A DNA stretch of 64,000 nt, taken from IMG/VR virus record IMGVR_UViG_2585427970_000001; one strand, written 5' to 3'. The stretch's first letter is position 1, and every line of letters starts with the position of its first letter. The DNA is from a virus. Taxonomy: Duplodnaviria > Heunggongvirae > Uroviricota > Caudoviricetes. Position numbers and translations under genes: made by a program. The notes beneath the pieces were generated by a model. That model was not told where the DNA came from. It saw nothing but the letters and a program-made list of their open reading frames with translations, and made no database searches. Below are positions 49,671-61,400 of the stretch, piece by piece.

Positions 49671-52583
49671 TTATGGTAATGCGCTCTTGATTAACTGATA
49701 AATATCATCATTAGCAAACTGCGTTCTGAATTCAACTTTAACAGACTGACTTATTTGATTGAAAAGCGCTTGGGCATGTTCAATTTTCCGTTTTTCTTCA
49801 AGCCGTAAACTATCCTTACTATCTACGTTTTTTGTTTCAATGATAAAATTAAGATAATCACCTTCCGCTGTTTTTACAACATAAGCAAAATCGGGTGAGT
49901 AAGTGTATCCACCAGCTACCGGGATCTTAATAGAATTCTTCGGTATCTTTGAAAAAACAACAACAGACTGGATCTCTCTATCTGTTATATTACGCCTTTC
50001 AAGCTCTGAATCATAAAAAACTTCTTCAAAAAGATAAGTATCTAATGGTGCTTTTGCATTATCCTGCAATACACCAAGATCACTTGATAATACCTCGCCT
50101 AGAGGATTACCATCAGCATTTGTGAACTTTGTAGGATGAATTGAACCCGAAATCAAATTATATCCGAGGCTGAATTTATTAAACGAATTGTTCAACAAAT
50201 ACTTACTAAAACCAGATTTAATTTTTCTGATTGTTTGAATATTAAGGTATTCAGTGATATTAATAGTGTCTTTTATATCACAAAAAACTTTATGTAAAGT
50301 ACCGTGTTTAACAAAAATAGTCTGTGATAAGTTATCGAGAAACTCTCGATAGCTCATTGTGTTCAGCTTAGCAAAGTCATCGTCATCACTGACAATGCTT
50401 TTCGACATTGCCATATCATTGTGGATGTAAATTTTATCAATGCGAGTATGAACGCCTGATTTGGTAAATCGTTCTGTTTCTTCGAGCATGAATGACTTGA
50501 AAATGGATAAAAATTCACTTTCACTGTTTATTTTGTACTCAATCACCGCTTTTTGATTGATCAAATCCCATAGTTCTTTCAGCTCACTGAACTTACCAAC
50601 ACGCATTTTAGTGCGTCTTTTTCCATCAGTAGCTTTTTTGATTTTACCAGGTTTCACTCCTATAGGGAATGCTGCTGGATATTTGGATTTTAAGCGGCTA
50701 TAGGCATCTGAATCTTTGAAATTATCATTGTCATCAATGATTTCATCATTGAAAAGTTCATTCATTAGTGCTCTGGATGAAAGCTCAGGATACTGAGCCA
50801 TGATTTGTTCCTTAAGCTCTTGAGTAAACTTACTTGGAACCCTTTCTTTGAAAGAACTCTCGTTGACCTCTTTAACAAGTGAGTCAACAAAATCCTTTTC
50901 TGTAAAATCAACATAATATTTAAGGGTAAAATTGCGGTCTTTCACTCGACACATGTATTCATTCACAGGAAGACGCAAACCGCGCCCTACCTCTTGAAGC
51001 TTAGATGTGGTACTACCGCTCGAACGGAGCTTACAGATCTGAAAAACATTAGGATTATCCCACCCCTCACGCAACGTCCATTTTGAGAAAATAAACCGAC
51101 GGGGATTATCTAAAGACAGCAAAAGCTCTTTGTCATGAAGGATTTCGTTGATTTCCTGCTCGATTTTATCATCCTTATCACTGTTATCTTTTGAGAAATA
51201 ACCACCATGAACGGAAGATATATTTGTGACTGTTTTTTCAAGATAGTTTTTATAAAACGCATCTTGCTCTGTTTTTAACAGTTCATTAGCTTCTGCCAGA
51301 ACGTATTCTTCGAATTTGGTCTTCAGGCTTCCGGAAATATCATTACCGTCACGATAGCCTTCAATATCGTCAATAAAGAAAAGAGTAAGAGGCTTTATGC
51401 GTGGCCTTTGTGTCAGAAGTTCTTTTTCTAACTTAAAGTGTTCTTTGACAGCCTTACGCATCATGTTATCAGCGAGTGTCTGATCGTAAGAATAGGGATT
51501 TATTGAGCTACCAATCTTCAACTCAATACCATTACTCAACACTGCTGTGCTCTTGTTTAAAGCATCAAGAGTTAAATCATGGATCGCACTATGCGTCTTA
51601 GACAGTGATTCACCTTTAGCTAACTTAAACGATTTTTTGTTGTTGTTTTCATTCAGTTCAAATGTAGCTTCCTTTCCGTCAGATTTGACGAATTTGAGGT
51701 TTGCGTTACCATCGCCGACTATATCCTCAATATATGCATCAATACCTTTAACGAGATCATCGTTAAATGCGTCCACGGCTGTAAGACGATAAACCAGGTT
51801 CTTATAGCCTTCGCTAAAGGTTGCGCCATAGCGGATAATATATTGTGCGTTAAATTTCTCTATGTTTTCCCATGTTTTTTTACCAGTAGGAAATCTATGT
51901 GGTTCGTCAATGATGATAAATGGTTTTACAGCTCTGAGCGCGTCAACTGGAGTATTAAACTGATTATCAAGCAAGCCAGTATCGTAAGTATCCGTTAAAG
52001 ACTTAGAGTTGATCATTCCTGAGTTAATAACAAGAACGTGTATATATTTTTTATTGAAGTTACTTGCTTCAACAAAATCATGTATAGCCTGAGGCATATA
52101 CGATTTTGTATTTTTGCCAGCGTTTTTCTGACTTTCAACAACGTAAGTTCTCAGCTCACGCTTGTAATCATCCCGGAAGTGTTCTTTTAAAGCATCACTT
52201 TTTAAAAAGTTAACGGTTCCGGCCTTGATAGATAGAGTCGGAACAATGATGATAAACTTGTTAATACCAAATGATTTATTCAGGTCAAAAATAGTTTTGA
52301 TATAGGTGTACGTCTTGCCTGTACCTGTCTCCATAGAAACATCAATGATGTTGCTTTTAGCATTGTGATTATCTTTTGAGTGCGCAATACCATTGAACGC
52401 CTGAACATTTTTTATATTGTTGTAGTATTGTTGTTCAGACAGCTTCAGTTCAGGATTAGCTAAAAGGCGAACAGCAACATTATCCGTCAGGTGAGGTGTT
52501 GCGGAAACAAAAACATTCATCACCGCATCGACTCCTGCTTTCTGATGCGGCAAGTTCTTTTCGAGAGTGAACCCTTTTGACAT
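49671..52583 (-). CDS. res: type III restriction endonuclease Res subunit
   Basis: 970-aa; SF2 helicase motifs (METGTGKTYTY, IIIDEPHRF) and C-terminal PD-(D/E)xK-like YSPDFAYV...IIETKNV; translationally coupled downstream of mod. Confidence 0.9.
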   Translation of the reverse strand: MSKGFTLEKNLPHQKAGVDAVMNVFVSATPHLTDNVAVRLLANPELKLSEQQYYNNIKNVQAFNGIAHSKDNHNAKSNIIDVSMETGTGKTYTYIKTIFDLNKSFGINKFIIIVPTLSIKAGTVNFLKSDALKEHFRDDYKRELRTYVVESQKNAGKNTKSYMPQAIHDFVEASNFNKKYIHVLVINSGMINSKSLTDTYDTGLLDNQFNTPVDALRAVKPFIIIDEPHRFPTGKKTWENIEKFNAQYIIRYGATFSEGYKNLVYRLTAVDAFNDDLVKGIDAYIEDIVGDGNANLKFVKSDGKEATFELNENNNKKSFKLAKGESLSKTHSAIHDLTLDALNKSTAVLSNGIELKIGSSINPYSYDQTLADNMMRKAVKEHFKLEKELLTQRPRIKPLTLFFIDDIEGYRDGNDISGSLKTKFEEYVLAEANELLKTEQDAFYKNYLEKTVTNISSVHGGYFSKDNSDKDDKIEQEINEILHDKELLLSLDNPRRFIFSKWTLREGWDNPNVFQICKLRSSGSTTSKLQEVGRGLRLPVNEYMCRVKDRNFTLKYYVDFTEKDFVDSLVKEVNESSFKERVPSKFTQELKEQIMAQYPELSSRALMNELFNDEIIDDNDNFKDSDAYSRLKSKYPAAFPIGVKPGKIKKATDGKRRTKMRVGKFSELKELWDLINQKAVIEYKINSESEFLSIFKSFMLEETERFTKSGVHTRIDKIYIHNDMAMSKSIVSDDDDFAKLNTMSYREFLDNLSQTIFVKHGTLHKVFCDIKDTINITEYLNIQTIRKIKSGFSKYLLNNSFNKFSLGYNLISGSIHPTKFTNADGNPLGEVLSSDLGVLQDNAKAPLDTYLFEEVFYDSELERRNITDREIQSVVVFSKIPKNSIKIPVAGGYTYSPDFAYVVKTAEGDYLNFIIETKNVDSKDSLRLEEKRKIEHAQALFNQISQSVKVEFRTQFANDDIYQLIKSALP

Positions 52584-52585
52584 GA

Positions 52586-54541
52586 TTAGTTCCTCACCAC
52601 CAAATCTAACTCAATAGATTTTTTATTAGCATAACTTTTTAGTGCTTCATTGAGTTCCATTTGCTTTGCGCTTTCAAAGTTGCTGCCATAAAACACGACT
52701 TTGTTTGGAGCAAAGTCTTTGTCTGAATCCACCTTTTGAAGTAACGCTTTCAATGCTTCGCTAGTAAAATTAGGTGCAATCAAATACAGACGACCATCGC
52801 ACAAATGTGCTTTGTAGCCACCAAGATCAACATCTTCAATAGGTGTTGTTAGCAAACTGCCATCATACAGGCACCATGTAGTTAATAGAGTGTCATATTG
52901 TTCAGGCGTCAAGACAACATCATCAAAGAATGTATGATTAGACAGTGTAAGTTCTGATTCGTCTTTAGCGCGAAAATCTGGCATTAGTTGATATACCTTA
53001 AACCCCTGATCCCTATTTTTTTTAGACGCCCTAATTAAACGCTCCTTTGTTAAGTCAAATATTGTATTATAGCCATGCTTCATGGCATCAGATTTATCTT
53101 TTGTAGGTTCATCTAGTTGAACTGTAATAAACTGATACGACGTTTTATTTTTGTTATTCAAATTAAAAACTGTATGCGCTGTAGTTCCTGACCCAGCAAA
53201 AAAATCCAAAACAATACCCTCTCCATCACATGCAAAAGATATTAAATCTTCTACTAATTTTATAGTTTTAGCATTTGTGAATGGTTGAGTCATTTCTGGG
53301 AACAGCTCTTTAAGTTCGTTCGTTGCAACACGCCCATCAAGATGGATAACGGAGCTTAATTTCTGTTTGTAATCCTTAGCATAAACTTTTAGTTCTATAA
53401 TTTTGTTTTCATCATCACCGAAGATGATCTTTTCTTCAGACAGAAGCCTATCCATTGTATCTAATGGAAAACGATATCCCATAAGAGGTTGTTTGCATGG
53501 CTTCTTAGTTTTTGGATGTATAATATCATATCTGTAACCCTCTTTTCCGGGGTTGTGGACGCTCTGACTACCAGTATAGATGCCGTCTTTGTCTATATAT
53601 TTGTATCGGTCAAGAGGCCATAATTCAGTTCTGTGTTCACGAAACCACTGGGTATATTTTTCCTGAAGTTCATTGCCAGTGTATTTTGATGCAAATTCTT
53701 CACCTATGTTGACAAGTAAGTTTTTTACATCGGAGATATTAGATTTCCACTCACTTATAAGCTGCTCTTTGTTTTTTGTGTAAACAATAATATATTCATG
53801 CTCTACAGCGATATTTGAAGGGTTGTTATCAGTTGCATTTTTCCATACTAGATCCCCAACATGGTTTTGCTCACCAAAGATCTCGTCGCAAACTAGTTTT
53901 AATTGACTGAACTCATTATGGTCAATAGAAATAAAAATAGTCCCGTCTTCTCTCATTAATTCACGAGCAATATAAAGGCGTGGGTAAATGAATGTCAGCC
54001 ATGCACTATGACTGCTTGACCCCTTGGTGGTAAATTCTAATATGCGTTTAGCCTCATCGAGGTCGATGCCTGCTAGTTCAGAAAGCTGCTCAGGTGTAAA
54101 TTTGCGATCATCATTATAAACGAACCCATCCTTACCTGTATTGTATGGTGGGTCAATGTAAATCATCTTCACCTTTTCAGCGTAAGCATTAACCATATGC
54201 TTCAATACTTCGAGATTATCCCCTTTGATTAACAGGTGTTGACTGTTCTTGTTCTCTTCTTGTTGGTTATGAGTTTTATCTTCTGCCAACAACGTTTTCG
54301 GTGGTAGATTGGCCAACAAACGGGCATAAGATTTACCCAGCCAGTTCAAGCTGTATGATTCTTTAGAGAGTTCAACTTCCGATGCCCTAATAATCTCAAG
54401 CAATTTTTCTTGAATGAAGGCTCCGTTTTTATCAAAACACTGAGGGAAATTAGCTTTCAACACAGCCAGTTGCTTGCTGTTAGCCGTTTCTACTTCGGAA
54501 AAAATCGTTTCTTTTTTCATATCCATTTTAAACCAGATCAT
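52586..54541 (-). CDS. mod: type III N6-adenine DNA methyltransferase Mod subunit
   Basis: 651-aa; motif IV DPPYN (MIYIDPPYNTGKDG) precedes motif I FFAGSGTTAH (beta-class order). Confidence 0.9.
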   Translation of the reverse strand: MIWFKMDMKKETIFSEVETANSKQLAVLKANFPQCFDKNGAFIQEKLLEIIRASEVELSKESYSLNWLGKSYARLLANLPPKTLLAEDKTHNQQEENKNSQHLLIKGDNLEVLKHMVNAYAEKVKMIYIDPPYNTGKDGFVYNDDRKFTPEQLSELAGIDLDEAKRILEFTTKGSSSHSAWLTFIYPRLYIARELMREDGTIFISIDHNEFSQLKLVCDEIFGEQNHVGDLVWKNATDNNPSNIAVEHEYIIVYTKNKEQLISEWKSNISDVKNLLVNIGEEFASKYTGNELQEKYTQWFREHRTELWPLDRYKYIDKDGIYTGSQSVHNPGKEGYRYDIIHPKTKKPCKQPLMGYRFPLDTMDRLLSEEKIIFGDDENKIIELKVYAKDYKQKLSSVIHLDGRVATNELKELFPEMTQPFTNAKTIKLVEDLISFACDGEGIVLDFFAGSGTTAHTVFNLNNKNKTSYQFITVQLDEPTKDKSDAMKHGYNTIFDLTKERLIRASKKNRDQGFKVYQLMPDFRAKDESELTLSNHTFFDDVVLTPEQYDTLLTTWCLYDGSLLTTPIEDVDLGGYKAHLCDGRLYLIAPNFTSEALKALLQKVDSDKDFAPNKVVFYGSNFESAKQMELNEALKSYANKKSIELDLVVRN

Positions 54542-54685
54542 TTAGCAACAAAGCGCCGCCTCCCCAGCCCACTAGAGCCAGAAGTTGTCACACTTATACG
54601 AGGGCACTATCACTATCTATATGTTTGAATAATCGTGTTTCTTTGAGCGATGCTCGGCGAGCAAACAGCCATTATTTGGGGAAGT

Positions 54686-54934
54686 TTAATCCGCATTGAG
54701 AAGCAATGCATTATCTATGATGATCTGCTCCCATTCTTCGAATGCCCGATCGCGGACGCCCTGGGGAACGCTGTTAGTTTTGAAATCGACGACCGTACGC
54801 CATTTCCCGTCCGGACGGTACATGCGCAGAGCTTTACTTCCCCCCTCCCTGCGCACCTCAACGTTATGCTTATCAGCAAACTCTTGTAATGCTCGTAGCG
54901 TCCCATGCTTTACTGTGTAGTATCGCTTTTTCAA
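54686..54934 (-). CDS. lxc: small C1 co-repressor-like protein (lxc/bof position)
   Basis: 82-aa basic ORF downstream of the mod-res operon; size and position as I recall for P1 Lxc/Bof. Confidence 0.55.
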   Translation of the reverse strand: MKKRYYTVKHGTLRALQEFADKHNVEVRREGGSKALRMYRPDGKWRTVVDFKTNSVPQGVRDRAFEEWEQIIIDNALLLNAD

Positions 54935-55371
54935 GTTTTCTCTCCAGCCTGTGCTAAGGCTTCAACTTCCAAATCGTAAGACTCAAACTCATAGTCCTGG
55001 TCGTCAACCTCTTCAGGTACTGGCAGTAAATGCCAGGCTGAGTATATCTGACCATTATCAAAACGCTCCTGGCTGTAGAGCGTCGCGGCTATGAGCGTCA
55101 GCGCCGGGCGGTCATAACGGTAAATTTTGCGAACGTCACGGTCAACGAGACGACCGAAATTACCATAACCGCGCTCCAGTAATAATTTTTTAATTTCCGG
55201 CCAGTATGGACCATAGCTGCGGTACAGGCGGGGATTTTTCAGTAATCGCCCGCGTAGCCCTGACAGGAAGAAATCAACGTATTCGTCTTCTGTCTTTCCT
55301 AACAACGCTGTACGGAGTACCGCCTCAAGATATGTTTTATTCGGTTTTATTGTATCAGATAGTGTGGCCAT
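54931..55371 (-). CDS. hypothetical protein (ulx position)
   Basis: 146-aa ORF coupled to the upstream darB and downstream lxc. Confidence 0.5.
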   Translation of the reverse strand: MATLSDTIKPNKTYLEAVLRTALLGKTEDEYVDFFLSGLRGRLLKNPRLYRSYGPYWPEIKKLLLERGYGNFGRLVDRDVRKIYRYDRPALTLIAATLYSQERFDNGQIYSAWHLLPVPEEVDDQDYEFESYDLEVEALAQAGEKT

Positions 55372-55404
55372 ATTATGCGACGCCCGGCGAACCGGGCGCT
55401 CCTG

Positions 55405-58400
55405 TTATGCGTATTGTTGGATGACGGCCAGAACGTCCGCCACGTTGTGTTTTGTCTCGATAATCCACCAGTTACCCGGGAAATCGCTGTTCTTCGCCTT
55501 CGCTGGCAGCCAGCGAGCGCCGAATTTCGCCTTGATTGCGTCTTTCGCACGGAAAAGAACGCCTTTCATGCCTGAGGCTTCCTGAAGCCCAAATACCTCG
55601 CCAGCGGCGAATTTTGGTGCGTACATCATCTTCAGGTCGGCGGTGGATACGCGATAATTCAGACCAAGAGACTGAGCTATGCTGGTGGCATCACCCTGTA
55701 TTGATGATAACTCTTCTTGTTTCTCGTTTCTGGCGGCAATCTCTTCCTCCGTGATGTTGCCAAGGGCTAGGTTTATCCGATCAGCGTCGGCCTGTTTCTC
55801 TTCATCGGTGCGCCCGGCAAGAACCGTGTTAATTCTCTGCAATATCTCCACATGATTCTTGCGCATGCTGAGCAATTCCGGCGTAACCTCGTTAAGATCC
55901 ACCAGCCCAAGGATGGCAAGGTCGGAAAACATTGATACCAGGTTGTAGGTCATGCGATAGCTGAGTTGACCATAGGCTGATGGCAACTTCACCGCATCCA
56001 TTTGATAGGCATCCATAAATTTAGAGCCGTCGTTTACGACATCCGCTATTGCAGGTGTGATTTTCCCTGTGGTGGCGGCCTCCCTGATTGCTGTTACCCA
56101 CGATTGAGTCAGCGCGGCGACTGCATGATTCAGATTGGCTTCCCGTTCTGCTGCGATGCGCGCGCTTGCTGCGTCCATTGCCTGCTTGATCTCGGCTTTA
56201 TTGCTGTAAATGCCAATGGTGCCAAACTGTGCTGTGGTGATCTCATAATCTGACCCCCGGAACTCATTGGTACCGAAAATGGCATTGGTGACTTCAAGTT
56301 CAGAATCCCCGTTACGAGTAGCCCCCTGGCTTGTTTTTTCCGGCATTCTGGCGATCGCATCCGCTATTTTCTCCTGAATTGCTTCAGGGGATAGCGTATC
56401 TCCGTATGACGCGATTACATCGCCATAATTGGAGCCAAACAATTCAACCAGGAATGTTTCTGCCGAACGGATCTGGCGGTTATTCCCTTCCGACATCATA
56501 CCAAGCACCCATTTTGCAATTGACGACTTCAGCGCGCCGTCACGGCGATCCGGGTAAACCGCATGCTTCAGTGGGTCCGTATAGGTACCAACAAAATCAA
56601 TGCTATAGCCTGACTCTGTAGTCTGAACGCCGTACGAGTCAGTTATTTTGATCATGCCGCGCTGCTGGAAACGGTAGAAATCGTCACAGGAAATGATGTC
56701 GTTAATCCCGGCGATGGAGACGCCACCACTGATTTTCTGCATAACAGCATCTTCATCGGGAGTTACATCCACCTGTTTATCCAGCGTCTTCACATCCCAG
56801 TTACCCGATTTGGTGCCTTTGAAGGTAAAGATGATCTCCACGTCTGCGCGCTGGCTGTCGAAGTCCAGCGACTTAATGCGAACGATATCACCGGCACAAT
56901 CGTAGTATTGGCCTACACGCCATGAGCGATCGCCGATAACAAGGAACTCACTCGCATGGTTAACCAGGTCAGGATCAACATCCAGAATGCCTTTATTTAT
57001 TGCATCCTCCACCAGCGGGCGCAGGCGTTTGATATCCGTCGCGGCCTTCTGAGTACGGTTCAATAATTTCTCATAGCGGGAGATGGCTTGAGAGATATTA
57101 GCCTTGCGCTGAATGGCGTTTTTCAACGACGCGCGATACTGTGCTAACAACATACGGTCTGTGTGATGGACGCTCCCCCAGCGGGCCTTCCAGTCTGCGT
57201 TATCAGCTGCTTTGGCCATTACCGCCTGTTTGAATTTAGCTACCTCGGCGGTGGTCTTTTCAAGTTCCGCTTTGCTTCGCTCTAATTCAGCGGTAAGTAC
57301 CTCCACATCCTCGCCAGCTGCGTGCTGCGCCTTGATGTAGTTCTGAAGGTCGATAGTAGCCTGTTCTTTCTGGCGAGCGCGTTGCGCGGCTTTCGCCTTA
57401 TCCATTTGAACCTGCATCATTGCCAGACGTTCGCCATCATCCTTAGCGGTATACATCTGCATTTCGATCATATCGTTGGCGTCGGCGTTCTCCATTTCAG
57501 ACTTATCTGAGCGGAGGATATCGGAGATCCAGCCTGCTTTACGCTTCAGCGTCTTCAGTCGGTATTCATCGAAAGAACCCTTGCCGCAGTAGTAGTGAAC
57601 GCGAACGCTTGCACGGTTGGAACCAACTCGGGCACCGCGACCGTTACGCTGTGCGATACTGGCTGGTGTCCATGGCAACGTCAGATGATGGATGTCAGTC
57701 GTTCCTCGATGCAGGTTGATACCCACCTCTGCCTTTTTGTTGCAGATGATAATCGGAGTCCGGCCCTCCTGGAAGTCGGCAGCAATCTTTTCCAGCCCAC
57801 CCAGCGACATTTCATTTTGCTGCGCGATATAGGCGTCATACAGAGCCATTTGCTCGTTGTATTTCGCTATCTGTGCATCTGTTGGTTCATCCGGTAGCTC
57901 TTTCGGTGGTTTAACCGCTTTCAGTTTCTTACCGGTTTTACCTGCCTCGGCAACCGTCTGAGCATTCAGGATCCCCACCTTTGAAGGTTCAAGGTTAAGA
58001 GCATTGCAGATAATGCGCTTGAGCTTCTGGTGCTGCGTTTTTTCATCGGTGAAGATGATTTGCTTACCTTCCGGGAAAAACTCCTTCAGCGTGGCAATCA
58101 GCTTCGCGTATTTGGGCGTAACGGGGTGAGTTACGGTCTGTTCGTCAATGCCAAACCTGGCCAGGCGCTTATTCACTTCCTGCTCGAACGCTTCCGGAAC
58201 CTGTAACTGAATAAACTCGCCCTTATCTATCAGGGAGTATTGCGATTGCTGCGTGATTGAATCATCACTGTCGTCGTCTTCGCTGGTGGCTTGTTTAGGC
58301 AAACTGTCCGCCAGCTGCTGCACCGCATCGGCGTACTCCGGCAGGAAACGATAGGTGATCCGGCGATAGTACAGGTCCATGTCAGTACATACGCGGTCCA

Positions 58401-61400
58401 TATCCCTGATTATTGAGAAGATCGGACGGGCCTTCTCGTGCTCAATCACGCCGTCTTCATTGACCGAGGTCGTTACGCCATTGTTGGCTTTTGCTGTCGC
58501 TTCCGCCTGCTGACGCAATTCTTCATACGCCGCCAGTTGTTCTTCAGTAAGTGGTGCATCCTGCTGGTGTTCGTCCAGTGCCGGGATCTCCACGGTATCC
58601 TTAACGTCTTCCGCCGTTTTAAGCGTTGTCCAGCGATGGAATATGCCGCGCAGCGCATCAAGGTTTTCAAAGCCCACCAGCGCCATTTTTTCTTCAACTT
58701 CACCGCTGATTTTCTGTACCGTTTCCAGCCTGGTCTTGCCGAAGAATTTAACGAAGTCATCAGGACCGTAGATCCCCATCTTCTGCCAGTATTCCTTCGG
58801 CAGAACATGAGAAAGCATGTTGTATGCATCGATCGGGGTGTTAACGACTGGCGTTGCAGTCAGGAGAACCGGTCCGCGCCCGCCATTCTTTTTCATCAGG
58901 TACGCGTTTTTGATTGCCATATCTCGCGCCGATTGCGCTACCGCGCTGGTGGGCAGATAGGCCAGCTGTGACGCTTCGCGACCATTTTTATAGCTATTGC
59001 GGTAGTTGTGGCCTTCGTCGGCGATCACGCTGTCGAAGCCCATATCCTCAAAGTACGGATACTTCTCTGCTTTTTCGGTACCGGTATCTGAATACTCCGA
59101 CAATACCCGGCGACGCGCCGCCTCTTTGCGATGGGAATCGGAATCCATTGCGCTGGCTACGCGCCCAGCGGCAACGAAGTCATAAAGCATATCCTGTGCA
59201 TGCTCATCTACGGTGTCATCACGTAGCGGAATGCGGGCGTATTGTTCTTTGGTAAACACGACTGCACGGTAATTTGAGTGCGGGATCGCGTTCATCCGCG
59301 CCGTGATAGTGGCTTCATCTGCCAGCTTAAGAGCATCGCGCATAACTGGAGTGCCATCAGTACCAAGAACTGGTTTACCGTTCTCATCGAGCACCGGCAC
59401 CTGGCGAATCTGATCGCCATCCATCAGCACATCAAGACCGACGAACAGGTAGTTACTGAATGCCTCTTCACTCAGGAATTCTTTTGCTTCGTAATACCAG
59501 TTTTCCAGCACTGATTTAGGCACTACATACGCAGTACGGGTGGAGCGACCGTTCTCATAGTTGAACGCCTCAAGCGCCAGCGCGGTCGTTGTTTTACCCA
59601 GCCCGGTGCCGAAGCCCAGGATGCCGCGCCCATCTTCGGACAGTCGGCGCACCTCGCTATTCTGGTAATCAAATGGCTGGCGCTTACCGCTTAATCCCTT
59701 CAACCCAAGCGGATCGCCAGAGTGTTCATACGGGATATTGCTATTGAACACATCGTTGTATTTGGCAACCAGCTCATCGTAGCGATCGTGCGTCTTGATC
59801 CACTTATTGAACTGGTCCTCAAGCAGTGCCATCTGCTCGCGGTAGCCGTTCGCCGTCGCGCTATCTTTGCCACCGATACGCGCACCATTGAGATACTTTT
59901 CCAGCTGTGCCGGGAACCCGGTCGCGTTTTCACCTGATTTACGGTCCCACTCGTAGCGGATCTCGCCTGTTTCTTTATCCTTACGCTGGACGACACCGTA
60001 TCGGTGCCCGACGAACAGGCCATCACCACCGTGATAGGTGTCAGAAACCATTTCGTCGCCTTCCAACTGCACTGACTGCACATAGCGCAGATCCGGATAG
60101 CCGTTTTCCTGCAAAAACTCCAGAATGACGGAACGGTCGAACCAACGGCTATTGAGCTTAAAGCGGATATTCTCTGCTGGCGTCTTGATGCGCTTCTCTT
60201 CGATCGCTGCCAGCTGATTAAGGACGTTGTTCTTTACTGGACCGTCGGGGAGCGTGGCGAGGAATTCCTGTTTTGGAGCCACTATCTCGTTAATGTCGCC
60301 GCTGGTGGCGCGGGCGAACGGAACAATCCCGCCATACGGTGAAACCGCAATGCCAGGGGTGCTGGCCAATAAATTAAGCAACTCGTCATCACTGGCTGGC
60401 AGTTCGCCGGTAAACGCAAGGCGGAAATCATCGAGCTGGATTGGATCGCGAGTGAGATCACTGTAGAGATAACGCAGGGTGTCCTGATAGCTGGTGGAGT
60501 CATAACTGGCGCTGGAATCATGCGTAACCAGTTTTCCTGTCAGCTCGTCAGAAATAGTGCCATCCAGCTTAATTGCACCACGGAAAGCAAACCAGGCGCG
60601 CGCACCGCTCCCCGATAATTTCGCTATCGGACCGCGACCGGGGTTACCAAAACGGTCAATCTCTGCCTGCAAACGGGATACCAGAGAAAGGCGCTGCTGT
60701 TCGATTTGTTCAGCACTATGCCCGGCGGCCTTCATGTCCTGATATTCAATTAACATCCGGCCAATCATCGCCCCGCGATACAAGCGTTCACGGTATTTTT
60801 CAGGCTGGCTGTTAATCCAGTCCACCAGCTGCACCATATCGTCGCTGATTGATGTGGTGTACTTATCGCGGACATTTGCCATCTGGGTAAATGTCATGCC
60901 GAGACGGCCTTCTGTTGTAGTCAGGTTACGCTGAAGAGCCTCCCAGCTATCCGCGCCATAACTGGCAGCATCGATCTTAAGTTCCTTCCCGGCATCAGCT
61001 TCAATCCAGCGACCACCAGCATATTTTTGCCATACGCCATTAATCAGGCGCATTTCCCCTTCACCAACAACGTCTGCGGTCGGTGACGGTTCAGCCATAT
61101 CGAGCAAAGACCAGTCGATACGGCTTTCGAAACGATGAATCAGCTTCGCTTTAAGAGCCTGGTTATCAATCTGACCGTCGGCACGAACCTCAATACGCCC
61201 CTGGAAGCCCTTTTCCTGGGTGCCATGAACAAACCGGCGACCGTCCTTTTCAAACCACTTGCCAGAAATAAACGTTGGCCAAAGCACATTTGCCGATTCA
61301 AGAGTGCTTTCATCCACCAGGGGGATTTTCTCAGCCATCTCTGCCGGATGTTTGCGCATCAGCACCACATCAACGACTGTACTGGTCCCGTTTGCGTCAA